DNA of 64,000 nucleotides from Cycas panzhihuaensis (Eukaryota > Plantae > Cycadophyta): NCBI GenBank assembly GCA_023213395.1, contig CM041465.1:119915741-119979740 (forward strand), read 5' to 3'. Numbering within the stretch: position 1 is the first letter of the stretch; each line of letters opens with the position of its first letter. The translations under genes were made by a program, and so were the position numbers. Below the pieces are notes generated by a model. The model was not told the origin of the DNA. It worked only from the letters and a program-made list of their open reading frames with translations, and made no database searches. Positions 1 through 12,899 of this stretch are shown piece after piece.

Positions 1-53
1 CATAGACTAGTTCTCTAATCCTGTGGACTTTTGTACTTATATGTTTAGTACGA

Positions 54-380
54 TCATGAAATACACGGATTTTTAGCCATCTGAATTGTAGATTGATTAT
101 CTACATGTAAGCTAGTAGAACTTGTTTGGGTGGCATTTAATGTATTCAACAATTTTCTAAGCCATATCACCTCCTTCCTTGTCTCAGAAGCAATGTACTC
201 AGCTTCGGCAGTTGAGTCTGCAACTATCTTCTGTCGTCTGGATCTCCATGATATTGGTGCTATTCCAAGAAATGTTACGACTGCGGACGTAGATCTTCCT
301 GTGTCTTTATCTCCGGCAAAGTCTGAGTCTGTGTATGCATAAAGTTTAAATTCTGCATTGGGTTCATACAACAGACCGTC
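54..380 (-). pseudogene. Ty1/copia RNase H fragment
   Basis: ORF 54..437 has copia RNase H motifs YTDSDFAGDKDTGRSTS, ISWRSRRQKIVADSTAEAEYIA and VDNQSTI. Confidence 0.9.
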
Positions 381-484
381 GACTATAGTGGAAACCTTGA
401 CAGGTGGACATCTCAGTAGGGGCAGATATTGAATCAATGCCTACTAAAACCGTTTTGAGTCAGGTGTTGATCTAGTTTGGCATA

Positions 485-686
485 TTAGGCTCTTGGAGCT
501 TGTTTAAGACCATAAAGGGTTTTTCGTAGCTTGCAAACAAAATGTTTTTGTCCTTCCTTTACATATCTAGTTGGTTGTTGCATATACACTTCTTTGTTTA
601 GATCTCCATTTAGGAAAGCATTTTTGACATCAAGTTGAACAATTATCACATTGTTTTGAGTTGCTAGAGCAATGATTGTTCTTACG
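485..686 (-). pseudogene. Ty1/copia reverse transcriptase fragment (N-terminal part)
   Basis: VRTIIALA..QLDVKNAFLNGDLNKEVYMQQP..LYGLKQAPRA; ends before the YVDD motif and abuts gypsy sequence at about 687. Confidence 0.9.
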
Positions 687-1575
687 CGGCCCTCCTTATG
701 GTTACTCCCCCTACCTCCGGCATGATGGAAGTGGGTACCCGTATCTCTCTTTATCTTCATCCCAGATTGATCCGCTAGCTCAACCAAGGGTTTGTCCCTT
801 CGTTGACTACCATTCAACCCCTCTATCCATCAAGGCCCATAGGACAAACCTACTGCCTCATACCCTCGAACTGCCCAAGTTTGATAGTACTTCTTTGCAA
901 GACCCAACCGAACACGTCAGGGGCTTTACCATGGTGTGTATCAACTATTGGGCCTACGATCATATTCTGATGAAACTATTCCCAAGATCCCTTCAAGGAG
1001 ACATGTTGAAATGGTTCTACTGTCTCCTTGCTCATTTTATCTTTACTTTCCAACAGTTAGTTGACAAGTTCGTCAACTACTTTGATGCGGCCAGACCCTT
1101 TAAAAGCGGGGCCAGAGCCCTTCTATCGTTGAAACAAGGCCATAATGAACTTAACCGTGACTTTCCAAGACACTTCCATTATCTCCTTCACTCCTCCAAG
1201 GCCACTTTGCCTAAAGAGTTGAAGAGAGATATCTTTATCAATGCCTTGCACCCTGAGGTGCATGTGGAAGTCCTTAAGATGGGAGTGACGACATGCGCCT
1301 CCACCATAGTTAAATGCTTGGCGCTGGAAGCTATTGAGATACAAGCGGGTCTCAAGAAGCCCCCAAGGCAATCGCAACACCGCGAGGTAGCCCCTTCGCC
1401 ACGTGACCAAAAGGGTCAACAACGGCCTCTGAGGTTTCCTACTGGTACACCCGATAGGACCTTAGATCCTCTTACTTTTGTCGTACGTTCTTTCGAACGT
1501 ATGGTTAGAGAGTTGAAACTTCAACCAACTCAAACCTCCTCAGAATCACATCGACCAGTGCACCAAACATCTTAA
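687..1575 (+). pseudogene. retrotransposon Gag (capsid-like) of Tat-like copy 1
   Basis: ELPKFD..DPTEHV..LMKLFPRSLQGDMLKWFY..F..LKQ pattern typical of the Retrotrans_gag domain. Confidence 0.85.
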
Positions 1576-2379
1576 ACTGTGCCACCTAAGGGTGGAAGTG
1601 CCCAAACTTCTCAAGGGAGGAAGGCAAAACCGCCTCCCTAGAAGAAGTGGTGTTCTGTACATGGAGAATGCCTGCACAAGGATTCACAATGTTGGTCGAA
1701 ACACCCTGAACTCGCACCATGACGTGACTCCTCCCCTCAAAGGGCTTCCAAGCCCACCCTAGAACAACCTGTTCACCAGGATCCTTTCCCAAACCATTAG
1801 GAATAGGATCAATCTACCCAAAATAGAAAGGCAAGGAACAAGAGGCGATCCCCTGCTCCTTCCTCTAGCCAAGGCGAGGGAAAGGACGAAAGGGGTCTAT
1901 CCCCTCTGGTAAGCCCTAGATCCTATCATCCTTCATCCTCTCAACCCAAAAATAAAGGGGAGAGTGTGATCCAGATGCTTGAGACAACCCATGTGTGCCC
2001 TATCACACAGTCGCAAGCTGCAAAGGAGGCCAGGGAAGCCTCCATTTCACAACACAACCCTCCTACAGACAGCCTACTTACAGAGATCCTTGTGGTCTCT
2101 AAGACCATTCTCATCCGCCCAGGGCATTATGACTTTCGAAGAGCACTTCCTCAACCCACTAGGAAGGGGAAGGCCTTCTCCATTACCTAAGAGTTGCACT
2201 CGATGTCTGCAGGAATATCCATGATGGACGTTTTGCGAAGTTGCCCCGACCAATGCGCTCTTCTTCTAGAAGCTCTTGGTCAACGAGATGCTCCTATCCA
2301 TGCCATAGGCACTACTGCCCGTGGACCCCCTATTATCTTATTTGACCCTCAAGATCTTCCATCTCTTAGCAAATGGGAA

Positions 2380-2796
2380 TGCTTTTGGCATTACCCATTC
2401 GTTATTACCATTGACACTCCTGATTTCACTTTAAAGAGGAGCGTCGTAGACAACAGTTCCTCTGTTAATGTTATGCTTGTGCAAATGATAGAGGCACTAG
2501 GCATAGAGGCTCTTGAGCCCGTCCCTTGGAAATGCTAGGGGTATGACGGGAGCGAAAAATCCCCCTTAGGGACGGTTACCCTTTCGCTCATCTTAAAGGG
2601 GAAGACCGTTCAGGTGGATATTGTTGTGCTCAACATTGATGTCGACTATAACCTCCTGTTGGGTCGACCATGGCTCGATCAAATGGGGGTCGTCTGCTCC
2701 TCACAATGGGGACAACTCAAATTTGTCCATGAAGGGCAAATCAAGGTTGTTACTCATGAGCTTTCCCCCACTTACACATCTCCTCCTACTTGCTAG
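2380..2796 (+). pseudogene. retropepsin-like aspartic protease of Tat-like copy 1 (internal stop)
   Basis: VVDNSSSVNVM (degenerate D-x-G-S) and YNLLLGRPWL; TAG at 2536-2538 interrupts the frame. Confidence 0.85.
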
Positions 2797-3413
2797 GCTA
2801 TCTTCCGAAGATAGTGATCATGACAAGCCCCTTCCCTCTTCAGGGAATCTTTTTACGGGGTCCAACTCCAACCAGGATGGGCCTTCATCTTCACCCTAAA
2901 CCTAATCTAGTTAGGTTCGCTCCCATTGGCATAGGTAGCTATAGCTACCTAGCCATCATGAGCGACTATGTGTCGGATGTCAAGGGCCACAAGCCCCCTC
3001 TGTGATGCGTCGCTCTCATTTCTCAAACCTCTAAGGAAGCGTCCCATGAGAACCTTCACTCTCTTACTGACTCTTCTATGGTGCTCGAGCCACTGGATCC
3101 CAACCAACCACTCTCCTCATTTTCCCACTCTGTCCGGGCAACTCCTCGTAGGCATACGCATTGATGCGTCGCTCGTAAAAGTGCCACATCTTCATGATCC
3201 AAGCTCTCATCGAAAACCTGGGCATGTTCCACCCACACGCCCCCCCGCCATGCAATCCATTGTGTGACGAGTCCCTTGCATCAATTTGGTTCTGACCAAA
3301 TTGTTATTACTCATAAACTTAACCATGTGTCTAGGTCGTTGTTGCCCCATGATAGGCCTACATTTCCTGATTCTTCTTTATCCACCCCTACCCTTGGCTC
3401 GGATGGTGATCCC

Positions 3414-3851
3414 TTGATTATCCATATTGATGGAGGCAGTCGTAGGAATCTCGGGCCCTCAGTCATTGCCTGGGTTATTCGGGATCGTCGCAGGCATACC
3501 CTCATGCGACCCAAATTATCTTTACCCAACGCCACAAACAATGAAGCAGAGGACGTCGCTGTCATAGAAGCATTGATGGATACCCTCCATTTTCATTATG
3601 GCCCTATCATCTTACACCGTGATTTTGAGATCGTCATATCCCAGCTCACACAGCTCTATCGCATCCACTCCTATCATCTAAGGCTCCTAACTATGATAGC
3701 TAGGTCTCTCTTAGCTAGGTTTGCATCCATGGACATCCACTGAATTCTGTATGAGCTCAACACTGAAGCTGATAACCTAGTAAACTTTATTCTAGAGTGT
3801 CACTTGCCTCTTGTGCGTGACTCTCCTTTGACCCAACCGATCACCTATTGA
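3414..3851 (+). pseudogene. archaeal/cellular-type RNase HI (aRH) domain
   Basis: IHIDGGSRRNLGPS, ATNNEAE, LHRDFE and, after a premature TGA at 3741, in-frame ELNTEADNL; terminal TGA at 3849-3851. Confidence 0.85.
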
Positions 3852-4739
3852 GGCAGCTTAAGGGGGCAATCCCCCCTGGCTTCACCTCCAAGGGGCATTC
3901 ACTGATGAGATAAAACTATGGTGATAACCTTTGTTTTTATCTTTTCTTTTAGAAGCTTCACCATGAAGTTGAAGCTCCTTTCTTCGCTCTGAAATGAGCC
4001 TAAACTACCATTCGTTTATGACACTGGATACCCTTACGAGGGACACGACGTGTATTCAAGATTTGTGATATCTCTACTTATTGCAAAGGGCGATTATGTC
4101 TCTTTACGAAGGTACCATACTCCCCCCAACAGGTTGAGCCTTCCTTTGGTTCGTAAGTGGTGGACATTCTCTCACAAGGGAACTAACTCCACACCCACGT
4201 CTGATCTCCTTGTCGATTCGTAGCTATAAGCCAGATCGAGCTCTATGAGGGCAACTTTACTGAACCACAAATGTGAGCTACCACTCGAAAAGAGAAAACA
4301 ATAATGAAACCTATCATTCTTTTAGGACCTTTAGGGTATATGTACCCATCGAGTCCTATCCTTACCAAAATCACTACCCTCGCCTTCAAGGTGCATGCGA
4401 TCCCCCTACTCGAGTGTCACATGAGATACTTGAACAAACCAGGGTAATCGTGTGTGCCTAGTGTGTGAGCTCTAAGCCATGTATAAAAGAAAATAATAGC
4501 ACCAAACACGAGCTAAGGAGCCTACATACATCCATAGAACCATATCTGTCAGCCAAAGATGCAATTTATAACAAAAGGGGCACCAATTTGGTCCCCATCT
4601 CTATATATATACAATCATCAAATGATGGTACAATAAAAAACATTAGTGCAATGTGCTATAGGATGCCAAAATCCTTGCAGGGGGGTGTACAATAATCCTC
4701 ATGCATAGTGTGGAGCCCCCTAGCTGAGTTTTCCTCTGA

Positions 4740-5560
4740 TCAAAATAAAGCATCACACAAAATCCCTAGAGTTGCCTGTGGAGATGATCATGGAGTGTCA
4801 CCCTCTGGTTGCCATGTCCTCCGCCCTGGGGTCCAAGTCCCCCACAGACTCCTCTTGGGTCATTGCAAGGTCTCGGCCTTGCTCTCCTCATCTCATACAT
4901 GGCTCTCGTCCCTTTGTCACCTATGGGAGGGAGTCCCTATGTGCGTTTGCGACGATCCGCGCTATCTCGATCTACCACCGTCAGATCACGCTGAGTCGAT
5001 CCTGCTCTCCTCGCACCTCGGCTAGTCGCCCTTGGGCATCTTGGAGCTATGATTCAAGGACAGCAATCCTAACCTTGGCCCCTAGAACCCCCCTACACGG
5101 GTTCAGCTACTGCCTAGGCCACTCCCTCTCTTGGCTGAGCCTCCACCTCTCTCACTCGGGCCTATGAGAGATCCAACTTCGTCTACTTCTCTTTGGCTTC
5201 TGTAGCCCATATATCCCGTACCCTGACAAGGGTGTAGTATGAGGACATGCTGACCCAGGCTCTCTGCTAGAAAGGGCCTTAGGAGGCAACCTCCGTTCTT
5301 CTTCATCCCCTCCAAAAGTGGCCACTAATGAGGTAAACTATGGCAATCAATACATCAGTCCACCTAGCTCTTATCCCTGGTTGGTACGATGAGGCATCCC
5401 CCTCATTTCCCCAAGGGTTTCTCTGGGTTTTCAAACCCCATCTTAAGGTCATGCCACTCGCTTGGTGCGCTACTTCGGCCATCCCCCTTGGTTGTTGCAT
5501 TCCTATCTTGTTCACACAAGCTTAGGATTCATGGCCATGGTCCTTGGGATTGATTCGATC
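4740..5560 (-). pseudogene. putative decayed antisense extra ORF in the 3' region of Tat-like copy 1
   Basis: Minus-strand translation gives coiled-coil-like AKVRIAVLES*LQDAQGRLAEVRGEQDRLSVI with TAG/TGA stops explicable as C>T of CAG/CGA; an AT-rich 3'-UTR-like tract follows at about 4480-4700. Confidence 0.4.
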
Positions 5561-5794
5561 ACACATCCGTCTCCCTCATCAACTTGTGACTCCTGTCCAC
5601 GCATCCTTTGCGACACTTGCTACCCCTGGGCTACTCACACATCTAGTTTCTGGTTATTGTTCATACTAATGACATTTGTGTTGGTAGCATTCACCATCAT
5701 CTTAGCTTCAGAGCAATGAGGTTCTACTGCCAAGGGGGCAGTATTTCTCGACTACTGAGAATGGATCGAGAGACCATAACACAAGTGCGTGCAG

Positions 5795-8153
5795 GTACGC
5801 ATTTCTATCTCACCTCTTGTCGCATTCCTTGTGCTTTTTCACTTCATGTGATGCTTGAGTGATTGTTGGGTACGTGCTTGCTTGGTTTGTTTGGCTTGTT
5901 TGTCTTTGCTTCCATGTTGATGATGACCAGGACTCCAGTCCAATGGCCTTAGACCCCTTCGTTGTGGTCTATCGGTCGGCAAGGCGACCCTTCTGTGTTC
6001 CCTGCAACTTCATCCTCATCAAGTTTTGCCTCATTACTACTTGTTCCACTTCATTCTTTTGCCCTGACTGCATGTGATTAGTCACTTAGAGACCACAGGA
6101 CTAGTCTGCAAAAGTCTGAAGTAGGAGTTTGTAGCATTTTGGTCAAATTCTGGTATATTGTTACTATCCCGCTCTGATTATTGCTTATCCCGTGAAGTAG
6201 TTCATAGTACTGCAAATAACTTCGCACTGCGACTGTTATAATAGTCGTATGCGATCAGCAACATTCAAAATCCATTATTAATGCTCCCCTGACATGTATG
6301 GTGCCTCATGGAAAGCGTAGATGGGTGCACAACAGTCCAAGTGAGCATGCTAATTAATCAACTTAACACTTTTGTTTGAATTAGAGTGGAATTTTTCAAA
6401 TGAAACAAGGCTAATTCATGGTTTTGGAAGAATTGCCAATCCACTATTTGAATTCAAAAGATAAAAGAAACTCTCAATTTTGAAAAAGGGCTCTTCTTCT
6501 TCTCGTATGTTCTTCCTCCTCTGGTTCACTCGACTTCTCATGAGATTCACTCTTCCAAGAGTTAGAGGAGGTAATCTTCTACTAATTCAGTCCAAACAAC
6601 AAGCATCTTCATGTGTAATGGGTAAGATCCAAGGATTTTCTTAATTGTATTCAGTGAAAACATCCATGTTTGGCTCTGATCTGGGCTATTTAACTCTGTT
6701 TTTCTTGTTCTAAAGTTTTCTTATTGTGGATCATAACCATTTTTGGCTTCATTCTCTTGAAACATTGAAGAAATTCCCTTGTTTGAGTTTGAAACACTAC
6801 ATAGTTGTTACCATCCTATTGGAGGAGGAATTGGAGCAATACACCAACAGCTACAGGAAGTGAGGCTATAGGTGCAACCATCAACTCTTGCACCCCCTTG
6901 CTCTTTGGGTAATCCCCTCCCAAGCTATACAGTGCTAGATCTCCTTGGGCATGCACCCTCCACTCCAATATTGGCCATGTTGCCATATGGTACCATGATT
7001 ACATGCTATTGACTATTGAAAATCCCTCTTGCTATTGTGTTCCATCTCCTTTTTATCGATTTGTTGCCTAAGTTGCAAGGATTGGAAGCTTCCCCTTGGC
7101 TTCACCAAGGAGACCACCTTCATTAGGGAGGCTAGTGCTATCCTGAGGCACCCCTCACCTCTTTTCTTTATCTTTGCTACCTTTCTTACACTTGGATCTC
7201 TTGAAAAGAATATTAATGCTTGCATGTGGTGCTTCTACTCTCTTTGGTTGAATGTAGAAGGTAGTTTATGAGATACACACACACACACACATATATATAT
7301 ATACACATTGCAAACATTTTGCTTGGAAAGTTTTCTAATGTGCATGCAAGGTGGAGAGCAAGCCTCTCCAAAATAGCTTGAAATAGAGGTGAACTACATC
7401 CCTCAAGGTAAGCTCTCTATTTGCATTTTTGCATGTACTTTGCTTTCTTTGCTTTTCACTTGTTTACATACTACTTTTAGTTAAGCTCAAGGCGGGTAAG
7501 TAGAGCCCCATCGCCTTCCAATTCTTTCATGGCAAAAGAGTCTTCAATTCAAACAAAGGGAGATCAACGAGGGATAAGGCTAGAGTTGTCACCAGCTGTC
7601 ACAAACCAAGTGCGCCTTCCTAAAACCTTATTCTCTTCATGATTGATTCACTCTTTGTTGATGTTCTTACCCTTAACTTCCCCCAATGAAACAAACTTCT
7701 CCCCCTCTTTTGGGTTTGCTTCCATTGATTGCATCTCCATATACAGAAAAGGATAAAGGGTTTTATTTAGAAGACATCTCTCATTGCATGCATAGAAAAA
7801 GTATCGTTTTGAAAGAAAAGATACTTCTCTCTCTCTTCCCTTTCATTTCATTGTAAAAGGCAAATAAGGGGGGGAGGTGTCGCATTAGACCCATGTGTAA
7901 AAGGGAAGACACTACTTTTTATTTTCTTTGCTTAAACTCCCAATTACATTGGCACTTTTTTTTTGTGATTAGCATGTAATCCTATAGACTCTCTAGGATA
8001 AAAGAGAAAAAGAGTGCCTAATGAGAATGGGGCTCAATATCAATTGCATATTGCTTGTTCATTACATTCTTTAGTTGTTTCGCTTTATTACAACATGCAT
8101 ATAAACAAACAATATCAACAAGAAACCCTAAGCAAAACACACCACCATCATAC
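5795..8153 (-). repeat. unclassified repeat A, left arm (continues at 14236-14303 after the LTR insertion)
   Basis: Reverse complement of 14536-16955; ORF 7013..7225(-) matches 15428..15730(+) and 5859..6077(+) matches 16698..16892(-). Confidence 0.85.
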
Positions 8154-9059
8154 TCTTGAGACATATTTTGACACATAGACCTTGAGGAAGACAGAATACA
8201 GGCTTGTATTGACCAGAGGAATGTAGGTACGGACTATACAGAGCTACGCATACTGGAAAAAGGTGGAAAATATGCAATCTGGGTATGTATGACAGATACA
8301 TACCTAGTTACGTACCTTTTTGGGTACGCATTACAGGATGCGTACTATTTTCGGTACGCTAGCAGATAGTAAGGTACATATGGACAGATTTGACCCAAAG
8401 GCACCTAAAAATGATGACGTCGGCCCAAAAGGACATATGTACGGGTGTACAGATCAGAAAAGACACCATTAAGGAGACTTAATCAAGTGTTAAAGTGAAA
8501 GGGTACCTTGGTGACTAAAAGGTATGGTTATGACTTTGGGTCATAACCTTTCACCCAAAAGGCATCAAAGGGACATTTAATGATGCTTTGAGGACCATTC
8601 CAGTGTGAGAGTCGAGTGATTCAATCCTATGGTATACTCTCAAGGGTGAGAGCCAAGTATTGAGACATGCAATGGTACGGAAGCCAGTACATATGACAGT
8701 AGCCCAAACCTGTGTATAATGTTGTGTACCGTCTGGGTACGCATGTGGCAATAACAGTGTATGTGGCTCGAATGCACAGGGAATGCATTCCAGCACCTTG
8801 TGTACAAAGACTTATTGCTTAATAAAAAGAAGAGTTACGTGGAAATTGTTGATTCTCTATGTTTTATGAAGATTGGATGCTAAATATGTGCTGACTACTG
8901 TATTGTTGTGTGCAAACTGTGATATAATTATGTGGAATTGTTAATAAATCTGTGTGATCTATGTGGATGATTATGTTGACTGTATCCTAGACTAGACTAC
9001 CTATGTTACCTAGACAAGTGTACCTTTCTCACAAGTGTAGTGAGGAACCGAAGTCAACA
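8154..9059 (+). repeat. 5' LTR
   Basis: TC(TG mutated)TTGAGACATATTTTG...AAGTCAACA; direct repeat of 13325-14230. Confidence 0.95.
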
Positions 9060-9060
9060 T

Positions 9061-9073
9061 TGGTTCCGTTGCC
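9061..9073 (+). promoter_or_regulatory. primer binding site, likely tRNA-Glu
   Basis: TGGTTCCGTTGCC one nt after the LTR; complementary to the plant tRNA-Glu 3' end (..GGCAACGGAACCA), as recalled. Confidence 0.75.
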
Positions 9074-9199
9074 TATGTCCATTGAGGAGGGACTAAGACT
9101 AGGAGTTTCATAAGGGGGAATGATTAAAGGACAGAGGACCCTGGCTATCGTCGTGATGGTAGGCTGGAACTAAGCCTTCGATAGCCAGGGGACCTTCCA

Positions 9200-12100
9200 A
9201 TGCCACCTAAGAGGCCTTCGAAGGCGGAAGAGCCACAAAAGGATACTTCACCTAAGGGGAAAGAAACAAGTAGATAGAGAACATTACGATGGTCAAAAGA
9301 GTCAAATTTGAGAAGGGCAAGAAGACTAAGTTCGCAGAATAATGAGACTAAGAAACAGTCCGTTGAAGAATTTAAGGCAAGTGGAGCCCAGACACCTCAG
9401 GAGCAAGGAGAGGGAAACAATGGCGAACAAATGGTATTAACACCAGCCCCAATTAAGGATGACCTGTTTAGCCTGGAATATGAAGAAAAACCAAAGGTGG
9501 ATAAGGAACATAAAGACACTCCAAGGAAGGAGGAGAGTATACCTATGAAAGGCACCCCGAAGGACCTAAGTGATAACGAGAAGAAGGCGGAGGAAGGTCC
9601 CTCGACGTATTGGGAAAACAAGTTAACAATGCAACTTTTTGAGGATTCATCATATAGAGGGTCTGATCATTCATACATAACGGTTACACCATTGACAGTA
9701 CAAGTGCCAAGTGTGCCAGAACCTATGCACCTAAAGACACCATTTAAGAATCCATTGTTTGGGAAGGATAATATTGCAGCAAGCACTCCAAACACACCTC
9801 CAAAAGAGAAGGGTAAAGAAGAAGAGATAGAATCCCTTGAGGAGGAACAAGGTGAAGAATCACCGCTGAGTGGAACGCCAGTGCAGTCACCCAAGATTGA
9901 CGACTACAGAGATTTTGGGAAATTGATTTTTAATGACACCTCAGATGCAGCCGAGCATGCATATTTGTTCCAAAATTTGATCGATGTAAAGAAAATCATG
10001 GATGAAGATGAAATAAAAGCTAGATTTGCTTGTACATTGAGGGGAGTACCATTGGCATGGTACAAGTAGTTGAATAAGAAAGATTCATGGGCCAATATAA
10101 AGAAGTCTTTTGAGGAAAGGTTTCAAAAATTCTGAAGCAATGAAGCAGTGGAAATTGCCTTGAGAGAAATTAAACAAAGACCAGGAGAATTGGTATTGAA
10201 TTATATCAGACGAATGAAAATCATTGCTGCCAACATGATCAATGAGGCAGTGATAAATCATAACATGAAAAATTATTTTGTCAGGGGACTAAATGAAAAA
10301 TTGAGATCGATGATGCATACACATCCACTGAAGTCCTTCAAAAACGCCCAGGATTTGGCATTAGATTTTGAATGCAGAAATGGATGCTCAAGCTGGAGGA
10401 CATGATCCCCTCCTATTAAGGTTACAAGAGGAGATAAGGGAAATGAAGCAGAACCAGCATAACCGACCCTTCTGTCAGGTAGGAGTCTCAGAAGAAGAAT
10501 CGGAAGTAGAAGCTTTAAGGAAGGAAGTAGCAAGATTAAAAATGAGAAATAATAGAGAGGAAGAAGCGGCAAAGAGAAAAAATGACCACGAATTCAAAGT
10601 TGATAAATGGTGCCACATTTACGAAGAGAGTTCACACACGACAAAAGAGTGTGAAATCAATCCAAAGAATAGTGAAATGCACCAGAGAGACAAATGGTGC
10701 CACATATGCGATGTGGGTACTCATATGACGAAGGATTGTTTCTATAACCCAAGAGGAAGATTATACAGAGGATGTGGTAGGGGGAGAGGAGGCAACCCAC
10801 CTCGAAATGTATGCATGACAAGGAGTATGGGAGAATTATTGAGGAAGAAACAACCAATGGGGAGATGTCTCATATGTTTACAGTTCAGACATTGGAAATA
10901 AGAATGTTCAACTAAGCGGGAATACGAAAAAAAACCATTCGTGTGCAACAATTGTGGACCAAGTGAGCACAAAACGGAAGATTGCAAGGGAAAAGCTAAG
11001 GCTACCAATTTAATGACAATCATACCAAAAAGCAAAAATGTAAAACTTCAAAAGAAACAAAAGGAGAATGAGGAAGAGGGGTATCCAAACCCAACAACGG
11101 AGATAAGCCGATTCCGACAAGCAAAACAAGTGTTAGAGGAACTAGCTCAGACAGAGACTATGCTGCCAATGGGGAAACCCAAAACCAAGCATGTGTATGT
11201 AAGGAAAAATAGACAAAAAGAGAGAAAAAATACCGGAAGAACAAAAAATACAACCCCAAGTGGTGCAAATGGAAGAATTGTTTAAAGGATTACCAGCAGA
11301 AGATATCCCAAGAATGTTGTTGTTGATGGAGAATCTGGTGAAATAGTTGCAATTAACCATTCCTCTATGCTAAGTAATCGATTGGATTAAAGGAGGAATA
11401 TTACAACGAGGAATCACCAAGAGTTTGAAGAAAGTGATGATGTCATTCAACATGGATCCCATGGTGACAATTACGGTATTGGGAGAAAAGTTTCCGAGGG
11501 TAATCGTGGACGGAGGAGCGGCTCTAAATGTACTACCCACTTCAACATGGCGGAAGCTGGGGAGCCCAAAGTTAAAAGCGGCAACCTATTCGTTAAAACT
11601 AGCCAATGAATTGTTGGTGCGACCCGTGGAAAAACTGGCCAACATCAAGGTGGATGTGGCAAGAATTATCGTGAAGATCGATTTTACGATTGTGGAAACG
11701 GAGAAAGGTGCAACTCCTTATCCAGCCTTATTGGGGAGACCTTGGCTATACAAAACCCAATGTCTCCAAAGCTGGAAAGATGTAACCTTCACTTTGTCAG
11801 ATGGAGGGAATGAAGTAGTACTTCTGATGCTGGGAAAGAATTTGATTGAAGTAATACTAGATAACAGTTCAAGCACGACTTTTGTGAGTGAAGCGACAAC
11901 ATCTTCATTTGATGAAGGAAATCTCTACCACACAGCCGAAGAACCAACCAAAATGATCGATCTCCAAGAAATAGAGCCGACTCACTTTGGAGAAATCTAC
12001 AATTCTTCATATGATGGAAACGGGATGAGATTTGTAGACTATTGGCTAGAGGACGCGTTTGAAGTCAATCCCTCATCCTATAGGTGTAACCTACTTTCTC

Positions 12101-12899
12101 GGAATGTGACTGAGGACGTTGATATTAAATCTAAATCTGTTGATTGTACAAGTATAATAATAACATTAAAAACGTAGACCCAAACCCAAATTTCCCTTTT
12201 AACCCAAACCCTTACCTTAATTCACCTCCTGGTACCCCAACCCTCTGTAACCCTAACCTTCCCTCTACCTCTAGTGTGGGTCTTAAGGTAGATTGCCCTT
12301 CCCCACCCCCATCCCAACCCAAGGATGGAAGTAACAAACCTTCCTCATCTTCTTTAGAGGTACAACTACCCAGCGAGAGATCTTTTTCAACCATCGGCGC
12401 CAAATTTGAGGAAGAAGAAAAGGAACTTGCTGAGAGTATCCCTAGAGATTTCGGTCTAGGAAACAAAATTGCCACTCCAGAAGATAGAAATTATGGAGAA
12501 TACGTTAGAGATTATGTGAAGCCCTTTTATGAAGAACCACTATGTGGAATTTCCCATTTGAGACATTGTAGAGAACATTGGTTGGAAGAAGGAATAATAA
12601 ACCAAGATCAATTAAGGGATCATAAGAAGAAAATGACAAAGCATACCACACCAAGAAAAAGGCAAAAAAAGACAAGGCACGACTGCCACGACAAAACATT
12701 ATATTTCAAGAAGGGTGATCGAGTATGGCGATTCGACAACAAATCCCAAACAACCCAGGGAGAATTGAAGATGCATTGGAAAGGCCCATATATGATTGAG
12801 AAGGTGTACCAGAATGGCACTATCCAGTTGAAGAAACTATCAGGCCAGCTATTGCCTGAAATGGTCAAGGGTAGTAAATTGAAACCCTATATCAACTAG
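9200..12899 (+). pseudogene. disrupted gag-protease fused to an integrase C-terminal (GPY/F) remnant
   Basis: Starts MPPKRPS; FACTLRGVPLAWY gag motif; four CCHC-like knuckles; IVDGGAALNVL and LLGRPWL protease; KKGDRVW..LKMHWKGPYMIEKV at the end; no RT motifs. Confidence 0.85.

Larger units (their letters stand above)
687..5740 (+). mobile_element. Tat-like Ty3/gypsy element copy 1, 5'-truncated (gag-protease-aRH, no RT/INT); right boundary approximate
   Basis: Gag, aspartic protease and RNase HI-type domains in order; colinear with copies at 45304-55030 and 55072-58190. Confidence 0.75.

Noticed and set aside
3414-3851. Host or horizontally acquired RNase HI gene
   Set aside because: Embedded colinearly in two copies of a gag-protease element; aRH is a known Tat-clade domain.
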